From positions 51,212,001 through 51,276,000 of the forward strand of contig NC_042997.1 in assembly GCF_006345805.1 (NCBI RefSeq): 64,000 nt of DNA, in the 5' to 3' direction. Positions 25,727 through 38,304 of this stretch are shown here, in pieces. The DNA comes from Octopus sinensis (lineage: Eukaryota). The number at the start of each line of letters is the position of its first letter. Position 1 is the stretch's first letter. The notes below the pieces were generated by a model that did not search any database, was not told where the DNA came from, and was given only the letters and a program-made list of their open reading frames with translations. The position numbers and the translations under genes were made by a program.

Positions 25727-26743
25727 TATATATATGTACGTATTTGTGTTGTGATTTATCTGCATATAATCATTCTGTGTTTCTCTCCTGGCATGTGGCC
25801 TTTCATGGCTCAGAAGACTTACTTTTGAATGTGTAATACTACTCCAGAATCTACAGATGAGATTATCTCTAGACCCTCTGCTACTAAGAACATCAACACT
25901 TGCAAGTTTTACACATATTTAATGGGCAGTTTGATTTTTCTTGAATTGCAAGTTGTACCTCCTAGTTATAGAAGTACCATTTACTTCTGTTCAGTGCAAG
26001 ATGTTACCGATTAAATGTTGATGTTCAAGACTTGTGGTTGCCTTTTATGAAATCTCTTTGGTTGGGGATGCTTAATGAAATCTAATTCTCCAGAAAGAAA
26101 TTGTTTTTGAAGCCTGAAGTCATCAAAACAGACAATATTTGATGATGTGAAATTCAATACTAAAGCAGATTACCCTGTTCAGCACTTCCATGTCAGGTGT
26201 AAAAGATTTCCAATTGATGTTTAATAAATACCTTAGATACTGCCTCTGCAATCTTGCAAGTATTTTGGTATCAGTACAGAATCCATGTCATAGGTAATTA
26301 TAGTAGGGATGTGATGACAAAAGCATCATAAATGTAAAGCTTGATACAAAGTTACAAACTCTTGTCTAACCAGACTTCTTTCTCTAGTTTACCAAAATAC
26401 AACAAAAGCCTTCTCAGTCCTCAAATTGATCTCAGAATCCAACGATCTATCTCTGGTGTCAGAGTTGCCAAGATACTCAAAAGAATCTTCTACATCCATC
26501 TCTTAACAAGTGTATTTGTTTCCACACATGACTCTCCAACTTATCATAAAATCAAAAGCAATACAGAGAAAGAGTTTCATTACTTCCTTGATATATTGTT
26601 CTAAGTGAATTATAAGGCCACAGTCATCAGAATATAATAGATCATAAACTAGAGTTAGGAAATCTTTGATTCATTTTTGAAACGTTGCAGATTAAACAAT
26701 ATACCTGTTGTGTGATATCTTGAACAATCACATCTGCAAAATA

Positions 26744-27971
26744 TTGGGTCATCCCGTAAATAATGCGTTTTTTTTCAATTGCATGAACAAAAAATCAGAG
26801 GTGGAAGGGCTAAACCCCCTGCATTAACTTGCTACAAAAGCAGGTAGTAATTTTAACTTATACTTATTCTCAGTGCAAGTTTTTGAAGAGTGCTCTTCGA
26901 TTTTAACAGTTATTTTTTTCAATGCTATAATGGAAGTGACAAAGGAGCATATTCAGCGTATTTTGCTAGGAACATTAATGCAGTATATGGGGATTGGACA
27001 ATAAGTGTAAGTCAATGTCAACAGTGGCTTCAGAAATTCAGTGCCGGAAACTACAGCCTAGAAGACATGCCTTGTCCTGGAAGATCTGTAGAGTTCGATG
27101 AGGATGTCCTGCAAAACCTGGTGGAACAAAATCCCATTGTAACTGTTGAGGAACTAGCAGAGAAGCTTGGATTTTGTTCATTCAACCATTTATCAACTCT
27201 TGTGTGCTATTAGAAAAGTCATCAAATTGGGTTAATGGGTTCCTCACAAACTTTCCAAGTCTAATCATTGGCAGAGAGTGAATATGTGCTTTTCTTTGCT
27301 GTCACGTCTCACAAATGAGCCTTTTTTTGGACCGAATAGTGATTGGTGATGAGAAATGGGTTCTCTATAAAAATGTCAAGTACTGAAGACAGTGGGTAGG
27401 GAAAGGAGAATCACCAGCACCCCAGGCTAGAGTTCTTCACCCACGTAAGCTGTTGTTTGGTGGGATATGAAAGGTTTAGTCCACTTTGAACTTTTAAACA
27501 TAAACCATATGATGACAAAGGAGATCTACTGTGAGCAGCTTGAAAGCTTAAGTCAGTGCTAGAAGAAAAATGACCATCTTTGGTTTCAAGATGAAAGATG
27601 TTCTTCCATTAGGATAATGCTTGGCCACATACAGTGAGGATGACATTCCAAAAGCTGGAGCAGTTTGAATCGGAAACTATGCCCCACCCACCATATTTGC
27701 TGGACATTGTCCCATCTGATTATCATTTATTCCACAGTCTTCAAAATCATTTGGATGGAAAAAATATGAATTCTGTAGACAAGGCCAGAACAGTACTGAA
27801 GGAGTATTTTTCATCACAGACAAGTGAATTTTGCAAGTCTATCTGATAGATAGAAGAGCATTGTAGAAATTGAAGGAGAGTATATTTTAGATTTAAAAAG
27901 AACTTTGTTATCTTAATTTTGAACAATAGAAGAAGTATAAAAAAACCTGCATTATTTATGGGATGACCCAA
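26744..27971 (+). mobile_element. Full-length but inactivated mariner transposon (1228 bp)
   Basis: TIRs TTGGGTCATCCCGTAAATAATGC / GCATTATTTATGGGATGACCCAA with TA on both flanks. Motifs IGDEKWV, DNAWPH and HPPYLLDIVPSDYHLF are present with stops and frameshifts. Confidence 0.95.
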
Positions 27972-28019
27972 TATATGAAGAGTGAAGTTGACACAGATAT
28001 ATACCCCTATTTAACACCA

Positions 28020-28800
28020 TTGTCCATTGGGATTTGTTCTGCCAGAGTAACATATAAGTTGAAATAGGCCTTCATACCAGTGACAAACATAATAAACAAG
28101 AATGGGGACCCAAATCTTTCTCAAAATTCTCCACAGTAAATTTCTGTTCATTGTATCAAAGATTTTCTTTAGATCAACAAAAACTTGGTATAAGAGGAAT
28201 CTCTGCTCTATACACTTTGCTTGCAATTATCTACTGCTAATGATCACATTTTGTGATGCTTCTACCAAATCTAAATCCTTGTTGAAACTCTGTTACAACA
28301 CTGAAGTGTATGTCTTCAGATCATCATTGTTGTTTAATGTCCGCTTTTCATGCTGGCATGGGTTGGATGGTTTGATTGTGGGCTGACAAGCTAGAAGGCT
28401 GCACCAGGCTCCAATCTCATCTGGCAAAGTTTATGCCAAAATTTACAAGAAAATACTACACACATTATCACTGTTTGACTTGGTAATTTTCTCCTTTGAT
28501 CAGGGAAATCTATATAGCATCTCTCCAATCAGTTGTAACTGATATATTCACTATTAGTGTGGTCACAAGATTAGCCACAACATCCCCATTATGCTTAATA
28601 ATCTTAGCTGGTATACCATCAGCTCCTGGTGTGTTTTTTTCTGATTTGACCTGTTTAATGACAGTTTTGACTAACTCTATACTAGGATTTTTATCCATTT
28701 CTTCCATAATATAGTGCTGCAGTAAATCTTTTATGACGTTCTCATATGTTTTGGATAGATTGTAGAAAAGAACTGCGAAATACTCTAGAATAGATAACAT
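28020..28800 (-). mobile_element. Decayed RTE-like RT, interrupted by a (CAT)n retroposon at about 28320-28440
   Basis: PGADGIPAKII, QQGFRFGRS and QAKCIEQ...FVDLKKIFDTMNRNLLWRIL lie on either side of the insertion. Confidence 0.75.
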
Positions 28801-28929
28801 AAAACATTATATAAACTTTACAAAAGTAAATAAAATAAAAATGTATAATTAAACAGTAATGTCATATATCAACAGAATGTTGCAACTAATATCTAAAAAG
28901 GTTTAGAGTCAGCCTCATGGACAAAATCG

Positions 28930-29300
28930 AAAAAGGCATTCCCCCAGAGGATGGAAAGGGAGATGAGGCTTGCACTTGTGGATAACCATCTCCACCACAA
29001 TAGCAGTGAGCAGGGATGTGGTCCAGGCTCCAAGAATGCCAGAGGTCTCTACTGCTACAGACTCAACAACAAACCTGTTAGAGAGTAGCCAATACTTAAA
29101 CAGTTTGCCCTTCTTGGCCTGTTGAGCAGTGAACCCTGGGCTGGAAACTGAACACATCAATTACTGGAGAAGGTGTTTAATTTATGTGGTATCCCAGATG
29201 AGAAGGCCTACAACTATGGAATGGGAAAATTGTCATACCATCAAGCCATTTACTGTCCCTCTGGCTCAAGTTGGGAAGGGAAGCCTACAATGTTTAGGCC
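28930..29300 (-). mobile_element. Possible CRE-clade LINE C-terminal restriction-like endonuclease remnant
   Basis: Decayed DGMTIFPF...LIWDTT...PGFTAQQAKKGKLFKY...RFVVESVAVETSGILG. Confidence 0.55.
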
Positions 29301-29499
29301 ATGCTTTATGATCTCATTGAGAGTAGCATGGTATGGAGGACAGCCAGTACTATAATGGCATGACAATAAGTGAGGTTGAAAGAATCCATAGTAGAACCAC
29401 AGCAGCATTTGTGAGGCTTACAGATCTATTTGGCAAATTGCTGATCTGTCGGGCATATGATTTTTCAGGTTTCAAAGCAAAGGAAATTCAATATCATTT

Positions 29500-30260
29500 T
29501 TAATTCTCTTTATAATTAATGAATTGTTTTCCCTCTGAACAATGTTGCAACAATTTGAAAAGGTGATAGCTAGATGGAGCATGATCAGGAGAGTAAAGAG
29601 GATGAAGCAAAAGTTTCATAATTAGTTCCATAAACATTTCCTGAGTGAATTGAGTAATATGTAGTCTACATCCCTCAATGTTTGGCCAATGATGGGAGTA
29701 TTTTCTGGAAATTTTTGTACAGTGCTTCCAATTCATGACAATATTTGTCTTTATTAACTGTTTTATTTTGGTTTAACATTTTATGGATAAACAACAACCT
29801 TCATATCCCACCAGACACAGAGCATAATGTTTTGGGGGTGTAGTCTTGGTTTGGGAATGGATTCTCCTTTTTCATTGGATACTATCCAATGTTGTTTTCA
29901 TTGAATATGATTGTTTTCACCCCTTCCGATGATTCTATCCAGGAAAAGTTTGGTAGCAAGTCTACACTTCAATGACACTCAGAAGACAATTCTTTGGTTA
30001 AACTGAGAAGCAGTCAGATGTTGATTGATCCACAGACCAAATTGAGACACTTTCTCTATTTGTGAAGGTGTCTTATGATCAAAGTGTGTCTTGAATTGAA
30101 CTAATTTTTGTGCAGTTTGCTTTGGATTTTCCTCAATTACAGTTTTCAGAAGCTGAATATTTACAGAATTGGTCATCCAGAATGAGGGAAATCTGTGAGA
30201 GAAAAATTTCCTGAGCAAAACTGGCTAAACCATCGTTGGTTTGTCTGGACACTTAAAACT
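29500..30260 (-). mobile_element. Second, more decayed mariner transposase remnant
   Basis: LLHPLYSPDHAPSSYHLF and LLKTVIEENPKQT motifs; no TIRs identified. Confidence 0.8.
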
Positions 30261-30589
30261 TCATTTCCACAGGCAGTATGAATATTTCTTACTGTTTCTA
30301 TTGCTGACGAATCCCCTTTTGAATTCTTATAGCATGTGGTGTCTAATATGAATCTGATCTAAACTCATTGAAAAGGATAAAATCAATACACATTTAACCA
30401 TTCTGGTAAAAAGTAATCTACTAAGAAAGAATAACACATTAGAAGGTAAAAATTAATGCATATTTCGCCATAAATATTGAAAATGTTCCCTCAAAATGAC
30501 CATGTCAAAAAATGCGACAGGATTTTCTTTCCATTCTAATATACACATGTACATATATGTATATGTTTATCTATCTGTGTGTGTCTGTC

Positions 30590-30674
30590 TGTCTCGCTCA
30601 CTCTCTCTGTCTATGTGTGTGTGTGCATGTATATACACACATATTTGAATGTGTTGTGTTTGTATATATATGTG

Positions 30675-30706
<32 letters not shown>

Positions 30707-30745
30707 CACATACTCACATACACATACATTTGATATACACATACA
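30590..30745. repeat. Mixed (CT)/(TG)/(TA)/(CA) microsatellite
   Basis: Read directly from sequence. Confidence 0.85.
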
Positions 30746-31659
30746 TATATTTTTACATATTTGTCAAATTTAATTCAAATATTGTTTATCTAAAAGCCTC
30801 ATTCTTATTATTTAAGTAATTGCAAATAGATGATAGCTTTCGAACTTTTATTTCAATAATTGGCGAAACTAATAGCAGTAGTTCTGAGATGAATGGGATC
30901 CTATAATCCCATTGCAGGTGTTGTACTCATGTTGTGAAGGTTACATTGCAAGAGTACATTCTACTGCAGACTTTACCCACAGGTGTAATTGAGTGAATTA
31001 TTTAACAGTTACTGCTTATTGTTTTGAATCAGTTCTACTTAGCTGTAAATATTTAACTCATATATCTACTGGACCATATATGAGTTAAATATTGGCCAAA
31101 AATGAATCTCTATGCAAATAATAGTACATGAATATTAGTTGTTTTTTTTTAATTGTTGCATGTTTAATGTAGAAATATGTTGTAAAAATATTTTACACTT
31201 GAGAATATATAGTATATCGCATGAATAATAAATAGAACAGTAATATATATTTAGAGCAGCTTTCTTTTTTTATAATGTTGTATAGTGTTTGTGGTAATTA
31301 GTTTATAAATGCTAATGTACTTTTGTTTTATTAAAGCACAATAAAACACACTATTGAGCTATTTAAATACAGTTCCACTATCATTGTCATATGCCAATAT
31401 TAATGCAAAGACAAATGCTAGAGAGACTGGCACTAACTTCTCAATAGTAGATTATATGTTGTGAGTGTATATTCATAAAGTTGCTTTTTTTCAAAATTTC
31501 CATTATTTCCAAAAGTATAAGATCTTTCTCTATCTGGCCAGAAAAACTTGTACTTCCTCTTTAGCAAGAAACCTATATCTGTTTCACTGTAACCTTTTCA
31601 TCATCACCTCCTCCAATGCATCCTCCCCTCTTAAAAGTTTTTGTCTTGCATGTACTTGG

Positions 31660-31991
31660 TAACCCTGTCAGTGCAGGTGCCTCTTAAAAGCACCCAGTCC
31701 ACACGGTAAAGTGGTTGGTGTTCAGAAGGGCATCCAGCTGTAAAAACCTTGCCAAAACTGACCTCGCCTGCGCTTGTGCCACATAAAAAGCACTACTCAC
31801 CTCACCTGTGCTTGTGCCACATAAAAAGCACTAAGTCCACTCTACTGAGTGGCTGGTGTTAGGAAGGTCATCCAGCTGTAAAAATCCTGCCAAAACTGTC
31901 ACAGAAATCCAGTGCAGTCTCCAGCCTAGCCGGCTCTTGTGGTACCATTCCACCTATGTTAGCATTGAACATAGATGTTAAATGATGATGT
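31660..31991 (+). mobile_element. (GAT)n-tailed retroposon with partial internal duplication
   Basis: Core gaagggcatccagctgtaaaaa occurs twice, reversed gtgccacataaaaagcac units, and tail at 31982-31991. Confidence 0.75.
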
Positions 31992-32781
31992 GATAACATA
32001 TGTATTGCTGCAACTGCTTTGTGTGAGTCAGCATTAAACAGGATTTTTGTAAAATACATGAAATTAGGTATCCAAGAATGGAGATGAGACTGATGTAGTG
32101 AATAGTAAAAAGTCACATAAGTACTTACTATGATATTTGAATGAGACACTTAGAGGTCAATCAGAAAGGGTGTAATCTTAGGAGCATCAGTATCTTATAT
32201 ACATAAATGGAGTTCTGGCACTATATTTACAGGTCGATAATGATGTTATAATCCAGCATTAATGCTCATGCGTTTAATATAATTTTAGAAATAACTACAA
32301 GTACTACACAGTGATATCTTATATGATTAATATAGTTAGTTTTTATTCTTATCTCAGTATTGAGTCATTGATGGTGACAGCAGAATCAGTTGAGTCCCAG
32401 TCAAAATGATCTTGTTTTATTTAGATGTTCCTTTACCTTCTGAGTGTCATTTACCTCTGTGTGTCATTTAATGAGTACCAGTAATATACAGGTTGTCTAT
32501 TTAATCAACTTTGCTCATCTCTTAACAATCTGTGTCATTGTGTTGTGTCAACACATGAAATCAGTATTGAATTATTGGAGGTTATCTATATATATATATA
32601 TATATATATATTCAGTAAATCATAAATCCAAAGGAGAAGCACACTCTAAGTTATAGAGCAGTAGAATAATTAGATAAAGATAGCTAAGGCTGGTCTGTGT
32701 GGTTACCCTTGGTTTCACATCCATAAAGATGGACATGAAACCCAGGGTAACATTATAGATGAACCATAGCTACCTTTAATC

Positions 32782-32820
<39 letters not shown>

Positions 32821-32824
<4 letters not shown>

Positions 32825-33484
32825 AAGAAGGGTAGAAATATTAGTTACTACCAGGTGCCCAGCACAAAAGACGAATCAGTCATAAGACAAAAATATTATT
32901 CGTATAGAAAAATATTATTCATGTAGTAATACAATTAAAGGCCCCTAAATTAGGGTGCCGAGTGCTGGGGACACAAAAAGAAGATGAACTTATCGAGAGT
33001 GAAAATCAAAAACATTTACCGATAACTTTACACCTCGGACCGATCAGTTTCTGCCTCTTTCTAGCAAAACACAAAATATGTTTGCTAAGGCTGGCTTTAT
33101 CAACGAGTCGCCTAAATTGAATCGAGGTCTGCAGCGATGTGAGAACATGTGTCGATCTCGACTACTAGCAGATCTTAACTTTACAAATCTCTGCGCAGAC
33201 GCAAAATCTACACGGCAGTATAGGGCATGCCGGGAAGTATTTTACGAATAAATTCATCATGTAAATATGCGAATATAAACAAGAAGGGTAGAAATATTAG
33301 TTACTACCAGGTGCCCAGCACAAAAGACGAATCAGTCATAAGACAAAAATATTATTCGTATAGAAAAATATTATTCATGTAGTAATACAATTAAAGGCCC
33401 CTAAATTAGGGTGCCGAGTGCTGAGGACACAAAAAGAAGAACTCCCCAGCACTCGGCACCCTAATTTAGGGGCCTTTAATTGTA
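32821..33484. mobile_element. Young element with 164-bp direct repeats plus a terminal 42-bp inversion, inserted in (TA)n; Penelope-like architecture
   Basis: 32821-32984 equals 33277-33440 with one visible mismatch. 33443-33484 is the reverse complement of the repeat's 3' part. Flanked by (TA)n on both sides. Confidence 0.7.
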
Positions 33485-33594
33485 TATATATATATATATA
33501 TATAATATTAATATTAGGGAGTAAATCCAAACTTACAGGGAAAAATTAGATTTAGGATTAAATCTAATTTTACAGTATAAATATATATGTATGT

Positions 33595-34023
33595 ATATTT
33601 AATTAGAGATAAAACCACTATTAAGCAAATCAAACATAAACCAAAACATAGAAATAAAATTAATTAATATAATATACAAAATATATAAAATATAAAATTC
33701 AAGTTTGATAATAGAGTTTTTTATAAGAAAAATTATTATTTTATTTATTTCTTAAAAAAATATTGTTTAAATATATTTGATTATTCATTTAAATATTATC
33801 ATTAACCTGAAAATTGACTATAACCATAATTCGAATTATTCATTGAATTTAAATTATTGTTATTCAAATTAGGCTATGGGCATGAAACAATCGTAGTGGT
33901 TTTACTTTTTATCTTATATTAACTTTTTAATACTTTTTGATAGTTATATATATTTAATATAATACTATTAAAAAAAATTAATAAATATATATCATTAAAT
34001 AAATAAAAATAAAAATAAAAAAT

Positions 34024-34073
<50 letters not shown>

Positions 34074-34227
34074 TAATTAAAAAGTTTTTTTTAATTTTTA
34101 ACTTTTAAATAATTTAAATTTTGAATTTTATATTTTATATACTTTGTATATTATATTATATTAATTAATCTTATTTCTATGTTTTAGTTTATGTTTTTCA
34201 CTGTTTGATTATCTCTAATTTAATGTA
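33595..34227. repeat. AT-rich foldback with inverted arms of about 120 bp (33595-33710 / 34105-34227)
   Basis: aaacataaaccaaaacatagaaataaaattaattaatataatatacaaa pairs with tttgtatattatattatattaattaatcttatttctatgttttagtttatgttt. Confidence 0.75.
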
Positions 34228-34667
34228 TCTCTCTATATATAAACGGCAGTTTGTCTGTGTGTGTGTCTGTGTGTCTGTCAGGTTGTACCCTCACCCTGAC
34301 CACGGCTTTCAACCGATTCTGATGAAACTTGACACACACATAGCCCAATGTCATAATTCAAAACTAACGCAGTGAAAATTTTGAAAAGTTCCCCCAGTTC
34401 TGAGAAAAATCGATAAATTCGACATGGGGTCGAGAATCTAAGCTTTTTATATGCAACACATTTTCTGTCTAGGGGACACAACTCGACCTTTTTATCGTCC
34501 AAAGAGACAGCTAGGAACATGGTATATACAGAAGTATTCGAGTGAAGAGAAGACATTGCAACCTACACATGCGCCTTCATTCCCTAGAGGGAAAGGACTA
34601 GATTGGGATTAGTCGTTGCCTACTAGGGGCTCTTACATACCCGGGCAACGCCGGGCTATGCTGCTAG
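34228..34667 (+). mobile_element. Non-autonomous Helitron
   Basis: 5' TC start, 3' hairpin CCCGG-GCAAC-GCCGGG then CTAG, inserted between A and T with no TSD. Confidence 0.85.
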
Positions 34668-35089
34668 TATATATATATATATATATATCAAAAGTACCAT
34701 CAGAAAATATTTTGAATAAAAGATGACTACAGCATTCTGTACATATAATTTTAAAATAGAATATAGCTGTTTCATTTTCTCTCAGCTCATTTGTACTCTA
34801 TCATTCAATCATACTATTATTTCACATCCAATCAAGTATTGACAATAAATACTAAATATCATAAACACCAAAACTGAACCTGGTGGTTTATTAAATGTAA
34901 AGTTGAAACTATCAGAAAAAACATTTCTTCTGATCCAATCTCCTTTTACGTGTTAAAAAGAACAAAATCGTTTAACAATAGAAATACGGGTACAAATATT
35001 CCTATAGAGAACAACTAATAGATTTAAATGACTCTTGTACTTTTTGTCTTCTATGGAAAAATAAAAGGTTAAGGTGTCACCAGCAATAT

Positions 35090-35520
35090 TTCTAACATCA
35101 GAAATGACAAGGAGCTTGCAGAGTTGTGAAATGTGATTCTTTAGGAGAATATTGAGGATAGCATGGACAAAGTGTCTAATGAAGAAGTGATGACCCAGGC
35201 AGTGGTAAATAGGAAACTGCTTCATGAAATAAGGCCCTAGAAACTGAGCTGTTTTGGTCACATGATTAAGAATGAGGGCCTGGAGAATTTAGCAATGACC
35301 AGAAAGACTGAAGGGAAAAGAAGCAGAGGAAAGAGAATGATGATATGGACGTCAAGCTTGATGAACTGGTTGAAAGAAAGACGTGTTAAACATCAGGAAG
35401 TGGAACTGTTATAGAAAACAAAGAACAGAGAATTGTGGCAGACACAATCACCTATGTCTTACGTTCTGAACATGATCACCTATGTTCTACATTCTGGACA
35501 TGACACCCAAAGAAAGAAAG
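35090..35520 (+). mobile_element. RTE-type LINE 3' end
   Basis: SCEM.FFRRILRIAW..VSNEEV...FGHMIKNEGLENLAMTRKTEGKRSRGK. Confidence 0.75.
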
Positions 35521-35807
35521 ATAACTGGAAAGCTACATCTTAACTGATCGTAGTTAATGGGCTGAGCACATACATGACATAGTAGTAAAATTTCAGCAAA
35601 GGGAAATCATAAAAGGAATTCATCAAATTTTTTTACTTGGAATATTTTTATTATGATAACATTGTTGAGAAAGAGACAAATGTCACTGCTTCCCATTACT
35701 TTACCTATATAGTTATCATTGTGAATTGTTGATTTTACTAAGATTGAGATTTCAGTAATTAGGATTTCTAATATAGGCATATAAGGTCACTGATTTTGTG
35801 TATAGTC

Positions 35808-35838
<31 letters not shown>

Positions 35839-35844
35839 ATGCTA

Positions 35845-35945
35845 GTACTCGTTTTATTGACCCTGGAAGGATAGCAGCTAAAGTTGCTCTTGATAGATTT
35901 GAACTGGGAAAAGAAAGGTACATAGCTAAATATTGCAAGACATTT
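35845..35945 (-). mobile_element. tRNA-SINE fragment, same family as 13540
   Basis: ctcgttttattgaccctggaaggatagcagctaaagttg...atttgaact. Confidence 0.55.
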
Positions 35946-36159
35946 TGTCTGATACTGTACTGTTTCTGCTTTAATAGAATACAAATATATTCAATTAATT
36001 AAACAAAATTTAAAGAAGTATTTTTGAAAATTAAATATGTTTAATTTATATGCTTTTATTTTTTATAATTTATGATATTTCTAATACATTCATTAACAAT
36101 TTCTTATTGTTGTATTATATTAATCTTTTAACATTAGAATTCCCCCTTTTTTACTCCAG

Positions 36160-36192
36160 CTGCTGCCGCTGCTGCAGGGCTTGTTTCAGGTG
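36160..36192 (+). CDS. CADPS: Candidate 33-nt CAPS microexon (AAAAAAGLVSG); 30 nt if the upstream donor is used
   Basis: Strong pyrimidine tract tccccctttttactccag, then a GC-rich codon-like island in AT-rich intron. Donor GTAGGT at 36193, alternative GTGGTA at 36190. Phase 1 to 1. Confidence 0.7.
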
Positions 36193-36245
36193 GTAGGTGC
36201 TACAAACTTATGCACTCTTCTGTTCACATACTTTAATTTAATTTT

Positions 36246-36251
36246 TGCATG
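36246..36251 (+). promoter_or_regulatory. TGCATG (RBFOX-type) downstream of microexon 2, with further copies at 36405 and 36856
   Basis: Exact hexamers about 54, 213 and 664 nt after the donor; function inferred. Confidence 0.4.
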
Positions 36252-38304
36252 ATATTTTGGTGGTGTTGAATAGATGTGTAATCTTTTCTCTCTCTTCTGT
36301 TATTTTGCACCTCAGATACATTTCACAAAATATCTAATTTATATATTTTATATTTGTAGTAATTGAAGTATGAGTGTGTTTATATATGCATACATGTGTG
36401 TGTGTGCATGTTATTTATACATATCAACCAGTAATATAACATAATATGATCTTGATTCAATACTTTTAAAAAGCTCTTAATTTAATCAAGAACTTTTTAA
36501 GAACAAATTTATATGCAGAAATAAAGGTTCCAGTCATAATGGAGTTAACACAGTCAGTTTAGTTTATCATAGCTCTAGTTTAATTTGGTTTTGTGTGAAC
36601 TTAAAAATGTTTAATATATATATAACAATAAGTTATATTTTCCTTATGTCATTACTTAAAAATCAGTATATTTAAAAGGCAATTTATTTTGCCAATTTTT
36701 CGGAAGTAATATTTTCTTTAGCATGTCATTAAAATTAGATTGACTTAAAATATTATCATAATTAGTATTTACAACTTCTAAATTTATTTGACAGCATCAA
36801 TATGAAATTGCCTTTTTGTTTCAAGGCTGATTAAGGCTACTCAATAATAATAATATGCATGCCCATACAATTCTTTATTCTTATCACTTTATTTAAATAC
36901 CTTAGATTTATTCTTTAAAATATTATTTCAAAAAAAATCTTTCTCTGCTTATGTTTTCATATTACATTGTATGTATATGTGTGTGTGTGTGTGTAAGAGA
37001 GAGAGTTAGAGTACATATTTTTCAAATGTGTAAATCATAAGAAATACATCCAATCACCAGTCACTTTCCTTAACTCAAAATCATTTGCTCTTACCTATCG
37101 CATTGATACTCTACATCATATCTGATCCTTTGGGTTTTGTTGTTTAATCAAGAGCCTCAACCAAATTTTTTTTACTCTCCAAAATAACTTCCTTGAAGAT
37201 GTCAAGATTTTTAATTTCTCTGGTTCTCCTAATTCATTACACAGGTACATCTGATGTGGGAGCTCAGATCTTTATCCTTAAAAAATTTGCCAACTAATCT
37301 TTTCTCACTTTTATAGTTACAATTCTTCTCCTTAACCCTACCAACTCTTGATTCCTTCCTCATTTCACAATTAACCTATACTTCTATACATCTAAGTTTC
37401 CTTTCAGTTATTCATTTGACCTCTTTCTCATAACCACCACTTGCATAAGAGCCAAATAAACCCATCTGCACCTTGAATTTGCCTGCTGATAGTCTGCACC
37501 GTAGAAATTACCTTTACCATAAATAAGATGAAAGAAAACCCTGTGTGATATAAATATTATTGGCTTATCATTTCCACATGCTGAGTTTCTAATCTGAGGG
37601 TAGTGGTTTTAAATGATCACTTTCCTTACTAACTTAATGCTGTTTCCCTCCTCAATGACTGCAAGTATATTTCCACAGAACAATATAAAATGGAGCATTT
37701 CTCTTACATCATATATTAGTGTTTTTTTCATCTGTGAAAACTCAAGGTTGCTCAGTTTATTCATAATGTTAATTTTTTTAGTTTTACAGTAATGTGATTT
37801 AACATCATTATTTTCACATCTCTCTGAAATGTAAGAGCTTATTACATTAGGTAAATCATGTACATCATCAAAGTATTTTTTCATTGCAGGTTTAACCCTG
37901 ATGCTTCTTAAATTAGGAGAGTTATTACTTCTTTAACAAGATTCATTGTTGTTTTTTATAGCTTCATTATGTGCCCATTTCAATTGGTATATGTTTAGGA
38001 CTGATTTAGTCTACACAAACCAAATTTCTAATCCAATTCCTTGTACTGGAAGCAATTTTGATTCCAATTTTTAAAGTTTGCAATTGCTAGTGTTGAACTA
38101 TATTGATTAGTGTTGAACTAATCTGATATCCCATCAACTCAAAGGACTTTGTTATCTGTTAGCATGAAGAATAGTGTGATAGTTGAAAATTAATTGAGGT
38201 AAAAAGGACTTTAAATTTTTCTCTCTGTTGGGAGAGTGCATTTAACACCATTTTGACTGTTTGCACCATAATTTGTGCAATTCAAAATTTTTGACATGCA
38301 AGTA

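Larger units (their letters stand above)
3260..36192 (+). other. CADPS: CAPS/CADPS (UNC-31) gene, internal portion, partial at both ends
   Basis: Nine exons with canonical AG/GT sites and matching phases give one open frame that matches CAPS motifs ([74 protein letters not shown]). Two microexon candidates follow. Confidence 0.97.

Noticed and set aside
30920-30941. Possible cassette exon tgcag|GTGTTG...GAAG|gttaca
   Set aside because: In-frame TGA, weak donor, and length not a multiple of 3.
32821-33484. CRISPR-like or hammerhead reading of the direct repeats
   Set aside because: Only two 164-bp repeats in a eukaryotic intron. CTGAGGA at 33421 has no properly placed GAAA and is absent from copy 1.
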